Part shown: in pieces, positions 9,287 to 19,167 of the stretch | Layout: each line of letters begins with the position of its first letter | How positions within the stretch are numbered: the first letter of the stretch is position 1 | Source of the DNA: an uncultured Thermoleophilia bacterium | GTDB lineage: Bacteria > Actinomycetota > Thermoleophilia > UBA2241 | Assembly (NCBI GenBank): GCA_963702475.1 | Contig: CAVPCT010000004.1 | Span: 437,101 to 501,100 of the forward strand | Direction of reading: 5' to 3' | Length of the DNA: 64,000 bases | Notes under the pieces: generated by a model | Seen by the model: only the letters and a program-made list of their open reading frames with translations | The model's database searches: none | What the model was told of the DNA's origin: nothing | Translations under genes and position numbers: made by a program

Positions 9287-11155
9287 TCAGCCGGGACGCG
9301 CGGTGGGCTCGCCCCCGTCGTCGTGTCCGCCGGTCCCGGGCGGCCTTCGCCTGGATGTGGGCTTGGCCGCCGGGCGGCGGCGGTGCGGCGGCGGCGGCTC
9401 GGTGGTGAGCTGCGCGGCCCACTCTTCGTCGCTCACCCGGTCGGGGCCGCGTCGGTCGACGGCCGGCCAGGTGAGGGCGCCCGGCGCGAGTCCTCGCTCG
9501 TGGAGCGCATGCGCCAGCACGCCGGCCGAGGAGAGGAACAGGAGTGCGACCAGCACGACGCCGGCCGGGACGCTCCTGTTCTCGAGCAGCAGGAAGAAGT
9601 ACCACCACACCTCCGTCCCCAGTCCCAGGAGCGTCGCGTAGTAGACCATGACCACGGGGACCATGATGAGCCCAAGGTAGGCGGGCAGGACGGACCGCAT
9701 CCAGCCTCCCGGTCTGGCCAGCGGCCAGAGGACCGCGGCCGGCAGGATCAGGAGCGCCGAGTACGGGTCGGCCAGCCAGACGAGCAGAGCGATGAGGACC
9801 AGGATCGCGTGGGCCACGAAGATGACGGCGCGCGGGTCGGTGCGCACCCGCCGCCGCAACCGTCGTTCCACGGCGACCGCGTAGGCGTAGGCGAGGACCA
9901 GCAGCGCCGCGAGGATGGCCACGCGCAGGTAGCGGGGGTTCGCGGCGATGCTGGAGTCCGGCGGGATCACCGCCCCAGGGCTCCTTGGCAGCTGGCCGAG
10001 GAGGTTGGCCACGTAGACGATGGCCAGCAGGACGAGCCAGGGAGCGTAGTGCAGGCCGGCGCTGATCCACGCCGGCCGCAGCGCCACGCGCGCGCGCCGG
10101 CAATGCGCGAAGAGATCCAGCGTGACCGCGAACAGCGGCAGCAGGCCGGCCGCCAGCAGCAGGGCCAGGGAGGTGCCGGGCAGGGTACGGGTGTGGGTGA
10201 GGGAGATGGTGCCGCCACTGCCGGGCCCCGGGACGGCCGCCTGGTCGATGGCCATCAGCATGCCCTGGGCGACCGTGCCCATCTTCGTGAGCGTCTCCGT
10301 GGACACGTTGGCGAGCGTGTCCTGCGCCGGCGGGACGCTCGCGCCGGCCGCCGCGACGGTGATGGCCGGCGCGCCCGCGGCCACCAGGGGACCCTGGCTG
10401 CCCGAGCTCGTCGGCACGGCGAGTCTCACCACCTGGCCGGGTACGGTGGGAAGCAGGGCGCGCAGATTGCCGTACACGCGGCCGGCCGGCGCCGCCAGCT
10501 GCCAGAGCCATGGCGGCGCCACCCTGGGCGCGGAGCTCCAGCCGTCGAGCCGAATGCCCTCGGGGTCGCGGGTCGCGACCTCGCGCAGGGCGATGGCGCC
10601 GGTGACGTTCTCGACGCCGTGGTCCTCCACGAAGCGCCGGGAGCCGAGCGCGCCGTAGGCGTCGCCGCTGGTGCACAGGTAAATGAACGTGCGCTCGTGG
10701 GCCGTCACGGTGAACGAGCGCGCCAGCGCCAGCATCGCGGCCACTCCGGAGGCGTTGTCGTTGGCGCCCTGCGTGGCCACGGCGGGGACATCGCGATTGG
10801 CGATCACCATCACGGTTCCGGGGCCCTCGCCGCGGGAGACGGCCCACACGTTCTGCAGGGCGACGTCCTTGCCGTTGATGGTGGCCGGGAAGCTGTCGAG
10901 GTGCGTCTCCAGGCCCATCTGCCTGAACTGCTCCATCACCCACAGGGCCAGGCGGTTGTCTGGGTCGCTGCCGGCCACGCGCTGCGGATAGTCGGTGACG
11001 ATGGTGCGCATGTCGGCCGCCGCCTGCTCACCGTCGAACGACACCGGCTCGGAGCTGAGCTTCGGGGTGTCGGCGCTGCCCAGCGTGAAGAGGCAGACCA
11101 CCATGAGGATGAGAGAGACGACCCAGGCGGCTCTGTACACCTTGAGGTTGGGCAG
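9287..11155 (-). CDS. M28 peptidase-like domain membrane protein (N-terminal TM, multiple C-terminal TMs), metal ligands degenerate
   Basis: QNVWAV, GANDNASGVAAML, polytopic C-terminus. Start uncertain: CTG 11155 after AAGGAGG, or ATG 11182. Confidence 0.75.
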   Translation of the reverse strand: MPNLKVYRAAWVVSLILMVVCLFTLGSADTPKLSSEPVSFDGEQAAADMRTIVTDYPQRVAGSDPDNRLALWVMEQFRQMGLETHLDSFPATINGKDVALQNVWAVSRGEGPGTVMVIANRDVPAVATQGANDNASGVAAMLALARSFTVTAHERTFIYLCTSGDAYGALGSRRFVEDHGVENVTGAIALREVATRDPEGIRLDGWSSAPRVAPPWLWQLAAPAGRVYGNLRALLPTVPGQVVRLAVPTSSGSQGPLVAAGAPAITVAAAGASVPPAQDTLANVSTETLTKMGTVAQGMLMAIDQAAVPGPGSGGTISLTHTRTLPGTSLALLLAAGLLPLFAVTLDLFAHCRRARVALRPAWISAGLHYAPWLVLLAIVYVANLLGQLPRSPGAVIPPDSSIAANPRYLRVAILAALLVLAYAYAVAVERRLRRRVRTDPRAVIFVAHAILVLIALLVWLADPYSALLILPAAVLWPLARPGGWMRSVLPAYLGLIMVPVVMVYYATLLGLGTEVWWYFFLLLENRSVPAGVVLVALLFLSSAGVLAHALHERGLAPGALTWPAVDRRGPDRVSDEEWAAQLTTEPPPPHRRRPAAKPTSRRRPPGTGGHDDGGEPTARPG

Positions 11156-11209
11156 GGTGACCTCCTTGGGCGTGCCGTGCATCCTATCAGACCGGGTAAA
11201 ATGGGTGGC

Positions 11210-11914
11210 ATGGCTCCCCCCGTACGCATCCTCGTGGTCGAGGACGAGGCGCCCATCGCCGAAGTCGTGCAGAGCTACCTCGAGCGCGAAGGTCACATGG
11301 TGGTGTGGACCGCTTCGGGTGAATCCGCCCTTGAGGCCTTCGACCGGCGGCGCCCCGATCTCGTCGTGCTCGATCTCAACCTGCCGGGTATCTCCGGTGA
11401 GGACGTCTGCCGTCGTATCCGAGCAGGTTCGGACGTCCCCATCATCATGCTCACCGCGAGGGACGCGGAGGAGGACCTCGTGAAGGGCCTCGAGTTGGGC
11501 GCCGACGACTACCTGACCAAACCCTTCAGCCCGCGCGAGCTCACGGCGCGCGTGCGCGCCCTGTTGCGGCGGGCGCGGAGCGACGAGACGCCGCAGGCCG
11601 ACGTCCTGGAGCGCGCCGGCGGGCGCCTGGTGATCGACGCCCCCCGCCGGCGTGTCACTCTGGACGGATCGCCTGTCGAGCTCACGGAGTCCGAGTTCCG
11701 CCTCCTCCAGACCCTCGCGCGCTTCCCCGGCCGCGTGTACACGCGCTTCGAGCTCGTCGAGAAGGTCCAGGGCTACGAGTACGAGGGGTACGAGCGCACC
11801 ATCGATGCCCATGTCAAGAACCTGCGGCACAAGCTGGGGGAGGACGCGCGACGGCCTCAGCTGGTGCAGACGGTGTACGGCAGGGGCTACTGCCTGGCGG
11901 AGGACCAGAAGTGA
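11210..11914 (+). CDS. OmpR-family response regulator
   Basis: ILVVEDE, LDLNLPG, IIMLTAR, GADDYLTKPFSPREL, RTIDAHVKNLRHKL, TVYGRGY. Confidence 0.95.
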   Translation: MAPPVRILVVEDEAPIAEVVQSYLEREGHMVVWTASGESALEAFDRRRPDLVVLDLNLPGISGEDVCRRIRAGSDVPIIMLTARDAEEDLVKGLELGADDYLTKPFSPRELTARVRALLRRARSDETPQADVLERAGGRLVIDAPRRRVTLDGSPVELTESEFRLLQTLARFPGRVYTRFELVEKVQGYEYEGYERTIDAHVKNLRHKLGEDARRPQLVQTVYGRGYCLAEDQK

Positions 11915-13383
11915 GACGTGGGCTGCGCCTCCGTCTGGCGGTCACCCACGCGCTGGTGGCCGTCGTGGCCATCGTCATCGTCGCGGTCATCGTCAACATC
12001 GTCGGCGGGCAGCGGTTCGACGCCTATCTCGAAGAGGTGCAGCACGCCCGCAGCGCAGCGGTGGTGGACACTCTGGCGCAGACGCACAGCTCCCCGGACG
12101 GATGGGACGCCGGTGCGGTCTACGCCCTGGGTCGCGTGGCCCTGAGCAACAACGTCGACGTGGCCGTGTACTCGCTGGGCGGCCAGTTGCTGTTCACGGT
12201 GCAGGGCCGTCACGCCGGGCCCGGCGCGGGTGGCGGTGCCGGGCTGGGTGGCGGCGAGGGCGGCGCCGCGGTCGCTTCGGGAACGCCGATGCCGGTTCCG
12301 TCCGGCTACGCGGCCGGTCAGTTCAGGGTGCAGACGTTCCCCGTGGTCGTCGGCGGCCAGAAGGTCGCCACCGCGGAGATCTACTCCGGCCTCGGCATGC
12401 GACAAGCAGCCGAGTCGGCCTACCAGAGTGCGCTCACCCGGAACCTCGTCATCGCCGGGGCGGCCGCGGGCGTGGTCGCCTTGCTCATCAGCCTCTTCGT
12501 GAGCCGGCGTATCACGGCGCCGCTGGAGGAGCTCACCGATGCCGCGGCCGACGTCGCCACTGGGGACTTCGCGGTGCGCGTGGCCCCACGTGGCAACGAC
12601 GAGGTGGGAGCGCTGGCCACGGCGTTCAACTCCATGGCCGACCGTCTGGCGCGGGACGAGCAGTGGCGGCGCGACATGACGGCCGACCTTTCGCACGAAC
12701 TGCGCACGCCGCTCGCCACCATCCAGACGCGCATCGAGGCGCTCGAGGACGGTGTGCTGCCGGCCACGCCGGAGAACCTTCGGGTGATCGGCGCCGAGGT
12801 CGAGCGCCTCGGGCGCCTGCTTGGCGCCCTCCGCAATCTCAACGAGCTGGAGAGCGAGGACCTGGACGTCGAGCACGACCCGCTCGATCTCGCCGACGTG
12901 GCGGGTGACGCGGCGGCGCGGGCGGAGACCGCTTACATGGCCAAGGGTGTCGAGCTGCGCACGGACCTGTCCCCGGTCACCGTGAAGGCCGACCGCGACC
13001 GCCTGCTGCAGGTGATCGGCAATCTCCTGGACAACGCTCTGAAATTCACTCCCTCCGGGGGTCAGGTGGACCTGGTGGCCGGGGTGGGTGCGGCCCCGAC
13101 CCCCGACGAAGCCGATGACATGACCTGCCGCGGGTTCTCGGTGAGCGGCGGCAGGTGGGCCGTGCTGACGGTCAGCGACAGTGGCGCGGGCATCGACCCG
13201 GTCGACCTGCCCTTCGTGTTCGACCGCTTCTACCGCTCGCAGTCGGCGCGCACCACGCAGGGCGTCGGGCTGGGTCTCGCGATCGCCAGGGGCCTCGTCG
13301 AGGCTCAGGGCGGCGCCATCGAGGCAGCCAACAGGCCGCAGAGTGGCGCCGTGTTCACCGTCCGCCTTCCCTTTGCGGGCTGA
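11911..13383 (+). CDS. Sensor histidine kinase (BaeS-like, HAMP)
   Basis: Two TMs, HAMP (DEVGALATAFNSMA), SHELRTP, NLLDNALKF, DSGAGI, FDRFYR, GLGLAI. Confidence 0.95.
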   Translation: MRRGLRLRLAVTHALVAVVAIVIVAVIVNIVGGQRFDAYLEEVQHARSAAVVDTLAQTHSSPDGWDAGAVYALGRVALSNNVDVAVYSLGGQLLFTVQGRHAGPGAGGGAGLGGGEGGAAVASGTPMPVPSGYAAGQFRVQTFPVVVGGQKVATAEIYSGLGMRQAAESAYQSALTRNLVIAGAAAGVVALLISLFVSRRITAPLEELTDAAADVATGDFAVRVAPRGNDEVGALATAFNSMADRLARDEQWRRDMTADLSHELRTPLATIQTRIEALEDGVLPATPENLRVIGAEVERLGRLLGALRNLNELESEDLDVEHDPLDLADVAGDAAARAETAYMAKGVELRTDLSPVTVKADRDRLLQVIGNLLDNALKFTPSGGQVDLVAGVGAAPTPDEADDMTCRGFSVSGGRWAVLTVSDSGAGIDPVDLPFVFDRFYRSQSARTTQGVGLGLAIARGLVEAQGGAIEAANRPQSGAVFTVRLPFAG

Positions 13384-13503
13384 TCCCCGCTCCGCTCATG
13401 GCGACCCGAAGCCGGCCGTGAAGGCCGGCCATCTGCTCGCCGTCGTTGCGGCCGGTCCTGACGACGCCGGACCGTATGCCCGGTGCCCGGCGTGAGTGGA
13501 CCG

Positions 13504-14361
13504 CGCTCGCCGCGACGCGGAGATGTGGACGTGCCGGTGTCCGCGTGGCCGGCGATCCTGGCGTTCGATGTCGACGGCACCGTGCTCGGGGCCAACGACC
13601 GGCCGGTGCCCGGCATCGCGGAGACGCTCCGGGAGCTCGCTGAGGCTGGCGTGAAGCTGGTGCCCAGCACCGGCCGCCCCCTGTACGGAGCCCTGAGGGC
13701 AGCCGGCGTGCTCGGCGTGACGCCGTCCGCCTGCGTCGCCTACCACGGCGCCCTCGTCGTGGACCTGGAGGGCGGGCGGGTGCTGCGGCACCTCACGGTA
13801 CCTGACGGGCTCGCCGCCCGCGTCGCCCTCGCCGGTCTGGCCGGCGGCCTGCAGGTGAGCCTCTACGTCGGCGATGAGCGACGGGATCTTCCCGCTGACT
13901 GGGTGCCGCCGGTCGTGACGCCGCCATGCGTGCCGCCGCCTGTCGTGACGCCGCCAGGCGTGCGGCCGCCTGTCGTGACCTTCGCCGGCCCCGACTTCGG
14001 TGTCACCCGCCTCGTGCTGGCCGGCGATCCCCGGCGCGTCACCCTGTCTCTTCCGGAGCTCGACGAGCCGCGCCGCGCCGGCCTGCGCATCGAGCAGGTG
14101 CGGCCGGGAGTCGTCGTGGTGCTGCCCGGCGCTGCCGACAAGGGCGACGGCCTGCGGCTCGTGGCGGCGCACTTCGGCGTGCTCGCGCGCCGCGTGGTCG
14201 CCGCCGGCGACGACCTCAACGACATCACCCTGCTGCTTGCTTCCGGCCACGCACTTGCGGTTGGGGACGCGCTGCCGGCGCTCCGCGCCGTCGCCGGTGA
14301 GACCGTCGCGCAGGACGGCCTCGCGGCCGCCCTGCGCGACGCCTTTCGGCGTCTTGGCTGA
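13504..14361 (+). CDS. Cof-type HAD-superfamily hydrolase
   Basis: FDVDGT, STGR, DKGDG, GDDLND motifs; 5' boundary approximate (true start not identified). Confidence 0.8.
   Translation, partial: RSPRRGDVDVPVSAWPAILAFDVDGTVLGANDRPVPGIAETLRELAEAGVKLVPSTGRPLYGALRAAGVLGVTPSACVAYHGALVVDLEGGRVLRHLTVPDGLAARVALAGLAGGLQVSLYVGDERRDLPADWVPPVVTPPCVPPPVVTPPGVRPPVVTFAGPDFGVTRLVLAGDPRRVTLSLPELDEPRRAGLRIEQVRPGVVVVLPGAADKGDGLRLVAAHFGVLARRVVAAGDDLNDITLLLASGHALAVGDALPALRAVAGETVAQDGLAAALRDAFRRLG
13903..13980 (+). repeat. 30-bp-period tandem repeat encoding (V)PPVVTPP inside the HAD gene
   Basis: GTCGTGAC at 13912, 13942 and 13972. Confidence 0.8.
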
Positions 14362-14581
14362 CGCCGTCCGCGCGGGGACGCTCGCCCGTTCCCCGCGGGA
14401 ACGACGTGCGCTTCCAGACAGGACGAGGGCGGCGGAGACCGCAGTGGCCCCGCCGCCCTCGTCGTCCGCTCGTCGCCGTCACCCCGGAGGGTGACCGCCG
14501 CGATGAGTGTGGTGAGCGGCCTCCGTCCTCAGTGGCCGGTGCACCTCACGGCGCCCCGCCCCGCATGCCCGCTTTCGCCGT

Positions 14582-15946
14582 CTACTCGACCTTAGGGAGC
14601 TTGGCGATCGACGCGGCGATGGCCTCCTCCGGATGATCGTAGTCCTCGAGCTCGCCGCTCAGGTACCTGTCGTACGAGCCGAGGTCGAGCAGGCCGTGGC
14701 CGGTGAGGTTGAACAGGATATTCCGGCTCACGCCCTCTTCCTTGGCCTTCAGAGCCTCGTTGATGGCGGCGAGGATCGCATGCGCACTCTCCGGCGCCGG
14801 CACGATGGCCTCCGTCTTCACGAACAGCTGAGCAGCCTCGAAGACCTTGGTCTGCGCCACCGACACGGCCTCGAGCAGCCCGAGGTCGTACACGTGGCTG
14901 AGCAGCGGCGCCATGCCGTGGTAGCGCAGGCCGCCGGCGTGGATGCCGGGCGGCATGTAGTCGTGGCCCAGCGTGTACATCTTGAACAGCGGCGTCGTCT
15001 GCGCCTCGTCGCCGAAGTCGTAGCGGAACTGCCCCTTGGTGAGGGACGGGCACGCCGTCGGCTCCACGGCCACGAGGCGCGTGTTCGTCTTGCCGGCGAG
15101 GTTCTCGCGCAGGAAGGGGAAGGCCAGACCGCCGAAGCTCGAGCCGCCGCCGACGCAGCCGACCACGACGTCCGGGTAGGCGCCGGCATCCTGCATCTGC
15201 AGGATCGCCTCTTCGCCGATGATCGTCTGGTGCAGCAGCACGTGGTTGGTCACGCTGCCCAGGGCGTACTTGGAGCCGGGGTGCGTGACGGCGTCCTCCA
15301 CGGCTTCGCTGATCGCGATGCCGAGGCTGCCGAGGGAGTCCGGATCCTCGGCCAGGACGGCGCGGCCGGCGTTGGTCCGATCGCTGGGGCTGGGGATCAC
15401 GGTGCCGCCCCAGAGCTGCATCATGCTGCGCCGGTAGGGCTTCTGGTGGTAGCTCACCTTCACCATGTAGACCATGCACTCGAGGTCGAACATCTGGCAG
15501 GCCATGCTGAGGGCGCTGCCCCACTGCCCGGCGCCGGTCTCGGTGGCGAGGCGCGTGGTGCCGTCGAGCTTGTTGTAGTACGCCTGCGCGACTGCGGTGT
15601 TGCTCTTGTGCGAACCCGCCGGGCTGACGCCCTCATGCTTGAAGAAGATCTTGGCCGGCGTGTCGAGCGCCTTCTCGAGGCCGGTGGCGCGGATCAGGGG
15701 CGTCGGCCTCCAGATGCGGTAGATCTGGTGGACCTCTTCTGGGATCTCGATGTAGCGCTCTGCCGAGACCTCCTGGGCGATGATGCTGGGCGGGAAGATG
15801 GGCAAGAGGTCATCGGGGCCGGCCGGCTGCAGTGTCGCCGGGTTCAGCGGCGGCGGCGGAGGTGAGGGCAGGTCTGGGACGATGTTGTACCAGGCCTTGG
15901 GGATCCTCTCCTCGTCAAGGACGAACTTCTTCTTGTACTCGCTCAT
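14582..15946 (-). CDS. trpB: Tryptophan synthase beta chain, type 2 (TrpB2)
   Basis: [23 protein letters not shown] (PLP Lys), [42 protein letters not shown]; no trpA adjacent. Confidence 0.93.
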   Translation of the reverse strand: MSEYKKKFVLDEERIPKAWYNIVPDLPSPPPPPLNPATLQPAGPDDLLPIFPPSIIAQEVSAERYIEIPEEVHQIYRIWRPTPLIRATGLEKALDTPAKIFFKHEGVSPAGSHKSNTAVAQAYYNKLDGTTRLATETGAGQWGSALSMACQMFDLECMVYMVKVSYHQKPYRRSMMQLWGGTVIPSPSDRTNAGRAVLAEDPDSLGSLGIAISEAVEDAVTHPGSKYALGSVTNHVLLHQTIIGEEAILQMQDAGAYPDVVVGCVGGGSSFGGLAFPFLRENLAGKTNTRLVAVEPTACPSLTKGQFRYDFGDEAQTTPLFKMYTLGHDYMPPGIHAGGLRYHGMAPLLSHVYDLGLLEAVSVAQTKVFEAAQLFVKTEAIVPAPESAHAILAAINEALKAKEEGVSRNILFNLTGHGLLDLGSYDRYLSGELEDYDHPEEAIAASIAKLPKVE

Positions 15947-16095
15947 GACCTACCTCCCTTCGCGTGACGCCTGTGCGTGGTTGCGTGTGACTGAAGTTGC
16001 ACTGATCCTGTGCTCCGTGGGTCCGGGAACGGGACGACCATACGAATGGTCCGGGGGTGCGGGCAGGGCCCGCGCGGGTGTCAGAGAAGGGCGCG

Positions 16096-16215
16096 CTACG
16101 CGCGCCAGAGCCAGCGACGCCACGTGGCGCAGGCGGTGGAGCTGCTGGTGAACGGGGCGGCTGCGCTGCCCCGTTCGAAAGCATGCCTACGTCGGCTTTT
16201 GTCGCGGGTCGTCAT
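16096..16215 (-). CDS. Putative Trp-rich leader peptide (trpL-like) upstream of trpB2
   Basis: 39-aa ORF MTTRDKSRRRHAFERGSAAAPFTSSSTACATWRRWLWRA* with three TGG codons in the last 8 residues; TTGCAC-N17-TAGAAT promoter just upstream. Confidence 0.75.
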   Translation of the reverse strand: MTTRDKSRRRHAFERGSAAAPFTSSSTACATWRRWLWRA

Positions 16216-16225
16216 CGTGGGCGGC

Positions 16226-16254
16226 ATTCTATGCACGCCGGCGTGTGCGTGCAA
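16226..16254 (-). promoter_or_regulatory. Sigma70-type promoter for the leader-trpB2 transcript
   Basis: TTGCAC (16254-16249), 17 nt, TAGAAT (16231-16226). Confidence 0.6.
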
Positions 16255-16272
16255 GCGCGGGTAGCCCGGTCG

Positions 16273-17967
16273 TCACACGGAGTGGCAGGCAGCCGCCGGG
16301 CGGACTGCGGCGAGCTCCGCCCCGTCCCGACCGGGGGGAAAGCTCCCACCCAGGGGGTACGGCGAGGCTGGCCGGGCGAACAGGTATCCCTGCGCGAACG
16401 GGACGCCGAGGCCGCGCAGCACGTCGAGCTGGCCGTGGTGCTCGACCCCCTCGGCGACCAGGCCGATGTCGGCGTTGCGGCAGAAGTCGCTGAGCGTGCC
16501 GACCAGCTTCTGCCTGACCATCGAGTCCTCGATGCCGCGCGTGAGGCTGATGTCCAGCTTGATGAAGTCGGGCTCGATCTCCACCATCGTCTGCAGCCCC
16601 GAGTAGCCCGCGCCGGCGTCGTCGACGGCGACCCGGAAGCCGCACGCGCGGAGCCGTTTCACGACGTCACGCATCAGGGCGAAGTCCTCGACCACGCTCT
16701 TCTCGGTCACCTCGACCACCGTCAGGGGGCGCAGCTCAGGCGGGGTGAGCTCGGTGAAATCCGTCGCGCACAGGTGCGGGCTCGTCGTCGCGAACAGGCT
16801 GCTGGGCTCCGCGTTGATGAAGCGGAGGCAAGTGCCCGGCAGGGCCGCACTCCCCCGGGTGGCCACGGCGCGGCAGAGGGTGTCCAGCTCGTCCAGGCGG
16901 CGCTCCGCGCGGGCCACCTCGAACAGCGCTTCGGCTCCATGCAGCTCGCTGTGCACCGGACCCCTGGCGAGGAGCTCGTACCCCAGAACGCCGTAGTCTC
17001 CGAGCTTCACGATGGGCTGGTACACGCAGCTGATCTGCTCGCTGCACAGGAGGCGGTCGAGCTCGGCGCCCAGGCGGTGTCTGGCCTGACCGCGCTCCTG
17101 GTCGACCCGAGTCGTCGCCTCCTGTATGGCGTGCAGGAGGGCTCGCTTGAAGCGCACCTTCGGGGACAGGACGAGACGGGACCAGCCCACGTAGGGTTCG
17201 AGCGGCGTGAACACAAGGTGCGCCATCTCCCTCTCCAGGTGGGCGGCCAGCTCGCGCTGGAGCCGGTCCTTGACACGCAGCAGCTCGTCGTCGCGCAGTA
17301 CCTCGTGATGCCGCGGAGGCGCCAGGGCGAGGAGAAAGGCGTCGCCCAGGCTCGCGCAGGTGAGGTAGTCGTCCTCCCGCACGACGGTGCCCGGCAACTC
17401 GCCCAGCCGCTGCGAGACCAGCTTGTAGAGCTCGTCGACGGCCTCGAACCCGTGCATGCGCTCGAGGCCGTCGACGCCCTCGATGGCCACGTACAGGAGG
17501 CCCAGGTGGTGATGGTCCTGCAGGTGGCGCTGCAGCTCGAGCTGGACGCCGGCCAGCGTCGGCAGGCCGGTGACGTCGTCCTTGTACAGAGACGCGTCGC
17601 GCAACACGTCGCGGACCGTGGCAAGCAGGCGGTCGGCGGCGAACGGTTTGGTGATGTAGGCGGACGCGCCCACGCGGTTGGCCTCGATCATGTTGGCCAG
17701 CTCGTTCCTCGCCGTGAGGAACACGACAGGGATGTCCTTGGTGTAGCCGAACTGCAGCTCCCTGCAGACCTGGTAGCCGTCCATGCCCGGCATCATGACG
17801 TCGAGGAGGATCAGGTGCGGGTGGGTGGTGTAGGCGAGCTCGAGGCCCTGGGCCCCGTCGGCCGCCGCCTGCGCCTGGAAGCCGTTCGCGCGTAGGGTGG
17901 CGCACACGACCTGTCGAAGGTCAGGGTCGTCGTCTACCACCAGGATACGGATTGCGTCGTCGGTCAT
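16273..17967 (-). CDS. Response regulator receiver + degenerate GGDEF + EAL c-di-GMP phosphodiesterase
   Basis: REC (VVDDD, LLDVMMPG, KPF); DDVTGLP..SLGDAF degenerate GGDEF; YQPIV, YELLARG, EVTE, DDAGAGYS, IKLD, VAEGVE, QGYLF. Confidence 0.9.
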   Translation of the reverse strand: MTDDAIRILVVDDDPDLRQVVCATLRANGFQAQAAADGAQGLELAYTTHPHLILLDVMMPGMDGYQVCRELQFGYTKDIPVVFLTARNELANMIEANRVGASAYITKPFAADRLLATVRDVLRDASLYKDDVTGLPTLAGVQLELQRHLQDHHHLGLLYVAIEGVDGLERMHGFEAVDELYKLVSQRLGELPGTVVREDDYLTCASLGDAFLLALAPPRHHEVLRDDELLRVKDRLQRELAAHLEREMAHLVFTPLEPYVGWSRLVLSPKVRFKRALLHAIQEATTRVDQERGQARHRLGAELDRLLCSEQISCVYQPIVKLGDYGVLGYELLARGPVHSELHGAEALFEVARAERRLDELDTLCRAVATRGSAALPGTCLRFINAEPSSLFATTSPHLCATDFTELTPPELRPLTVVEVTEKSVVEDFALMRDVVKRLRACGFRVAVDDAGAGYSGLQTMVEIEPDFIKLDISLTRGIEDSMVRQKLVGTLSDFCRNADIGLVAEGVEHHGQLDVLRGLGVPFAQGYLFARPASPYPLGGSFPPGRDGAELAAVRPAAACHSV

Positions 17968-18091
17968 CCGGCCCCCCTCGGCACCATTCGGCGCCGAACG
18001 CATACCACCTCTTCATCGGCCGGCATGCGAAAGTCATGAGCGCGGCAAGTAGACTGTTCGTCTAGGCAAGAGCCGATCCCGGAGGGCGCAC

Positions 18092-19120
18092 ATGAAAGGC
18101 TACGGTCCCGCTGACCCCCTGCAGACGCCGCGCTTCGCCGGTATCTCCACCTTTCTGCGGCTGCCCCACACAGTGCACCTCGAGGGCGTCGACGTCGCCT
18201 TCGTAGGGCTGCCGTTCGACACCGGCGTGAGCTTCAGAGCGGGAGCGCGGTTCGGCCCCAAGGCGATCCGTGAGGGCTCGCTGTCGCTGCGCCCGGCCTA
18301 CAACATGGCGCAGCGCGTGGCCGTGTTCGAGCAGGTCTCGGCCGTCGACTACGGGGACGCGAGCGTGGTGCCGGGCTTCATCGAGCGGTCGCACGAGCGC
18401 ATGGCGGCGACGCTGCGGGAGATCTGCGAGGCCGGAGTGATCCCTATCGGCTTCGGCGGCGATCACAGCGTGCTGCTCGGCGAGCTGCGCGCCGTCGCAG
18501 ACACGCACGGCCCCGTGGCCCTGCTCCAGTTCGACGCCCACTCCGATACCTGGGACGAGTACTTCGGCGAGAAGTACACGCACGGCACCGTCATCAGGCG
18601 CGCCTGGGAGGAGGGTCTTATCGACGCGAAGCGCTCGACTCTCATGGGGATGCGCGGCGGTCTCTACGCACCCGGTGACCTGGACGAGGCGCGCGAGATG
18701 GGCTTCACCGTGCTGCCGTGGGACGACCTCGCGCAGCTGGGCACCTCCGCCGTGGCGGCGGCCGTGGACAGGGCCGGCGACGCCAAGGCGTTCCTGACGT
18801 TCGACATCGACTTCGTCGATCCGGCCTACGCGCCGGGCACGGGTACGCCGGAGTGCGGCGGCCCCTCCTCCATGCAGGCCCTGTCGCTGCTGCGTGCCTG
18901 CAGGGGCCTGCGCATCGTGGGCGCGGACGTGGTCGAGGTGCTGCCCGACCTGGACAGCTCGCACCTCACCGGCACCTTGGCGGCCACCTTGGCGTGGGAG
19001 ATCCTCAGCCTCATTGCGGCCGAGTGGCCGAGGCAGCATCCGGCCGAGGGCGCCGAGGCGGCTGGGGCCGTGAGCGAGGCCGCAACCGCGCCCGAGCTCG
19101 GGGTCGATGGGCCGTGGTGA
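18092..19120 (+). CDS. speB: Agmatinase (ureohydrolase family)
   Basis: GARFGP, GGDHS, DAHSD, HGT, DIDFVDP..APGTGTP, DVVEV. Confidence 0.9.
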   Translation: MKGYGPADPLQTPRFAGISTFLRLPHTVHLEGVDVAFVGLPFDTGVSFRAGARFGPKAIREGSLSLRPAYNMAQRVAVFEQVSAVDYGDASVVPGFIERSHERMAATLREICEAGVIPIGFGGDHSVLLGELRAVADTHGPVALLQFDAHSDTWDEYFGEKYTHGTVIRRAWEEGLIDAKRSTLMGMRGGLYAPGDLDEAREMGFTVLPWDDLAQLGTSAVAAAVDRAGDAKAFLTFDIDFVDPAYAPGTGTPECGGPSSMQALSLLRACRGLRIVGADVVEVLPDLDSSHLTGTLAATLAWEILSLIAAEWPRQHPAEGAEAAGAVSEAATAPELGVDGPW

Positions 19121-19167
19121 GCGGTGGCGGGGAGCAGGACGGAGGATCGGACGACGGGAAGGCGCGC

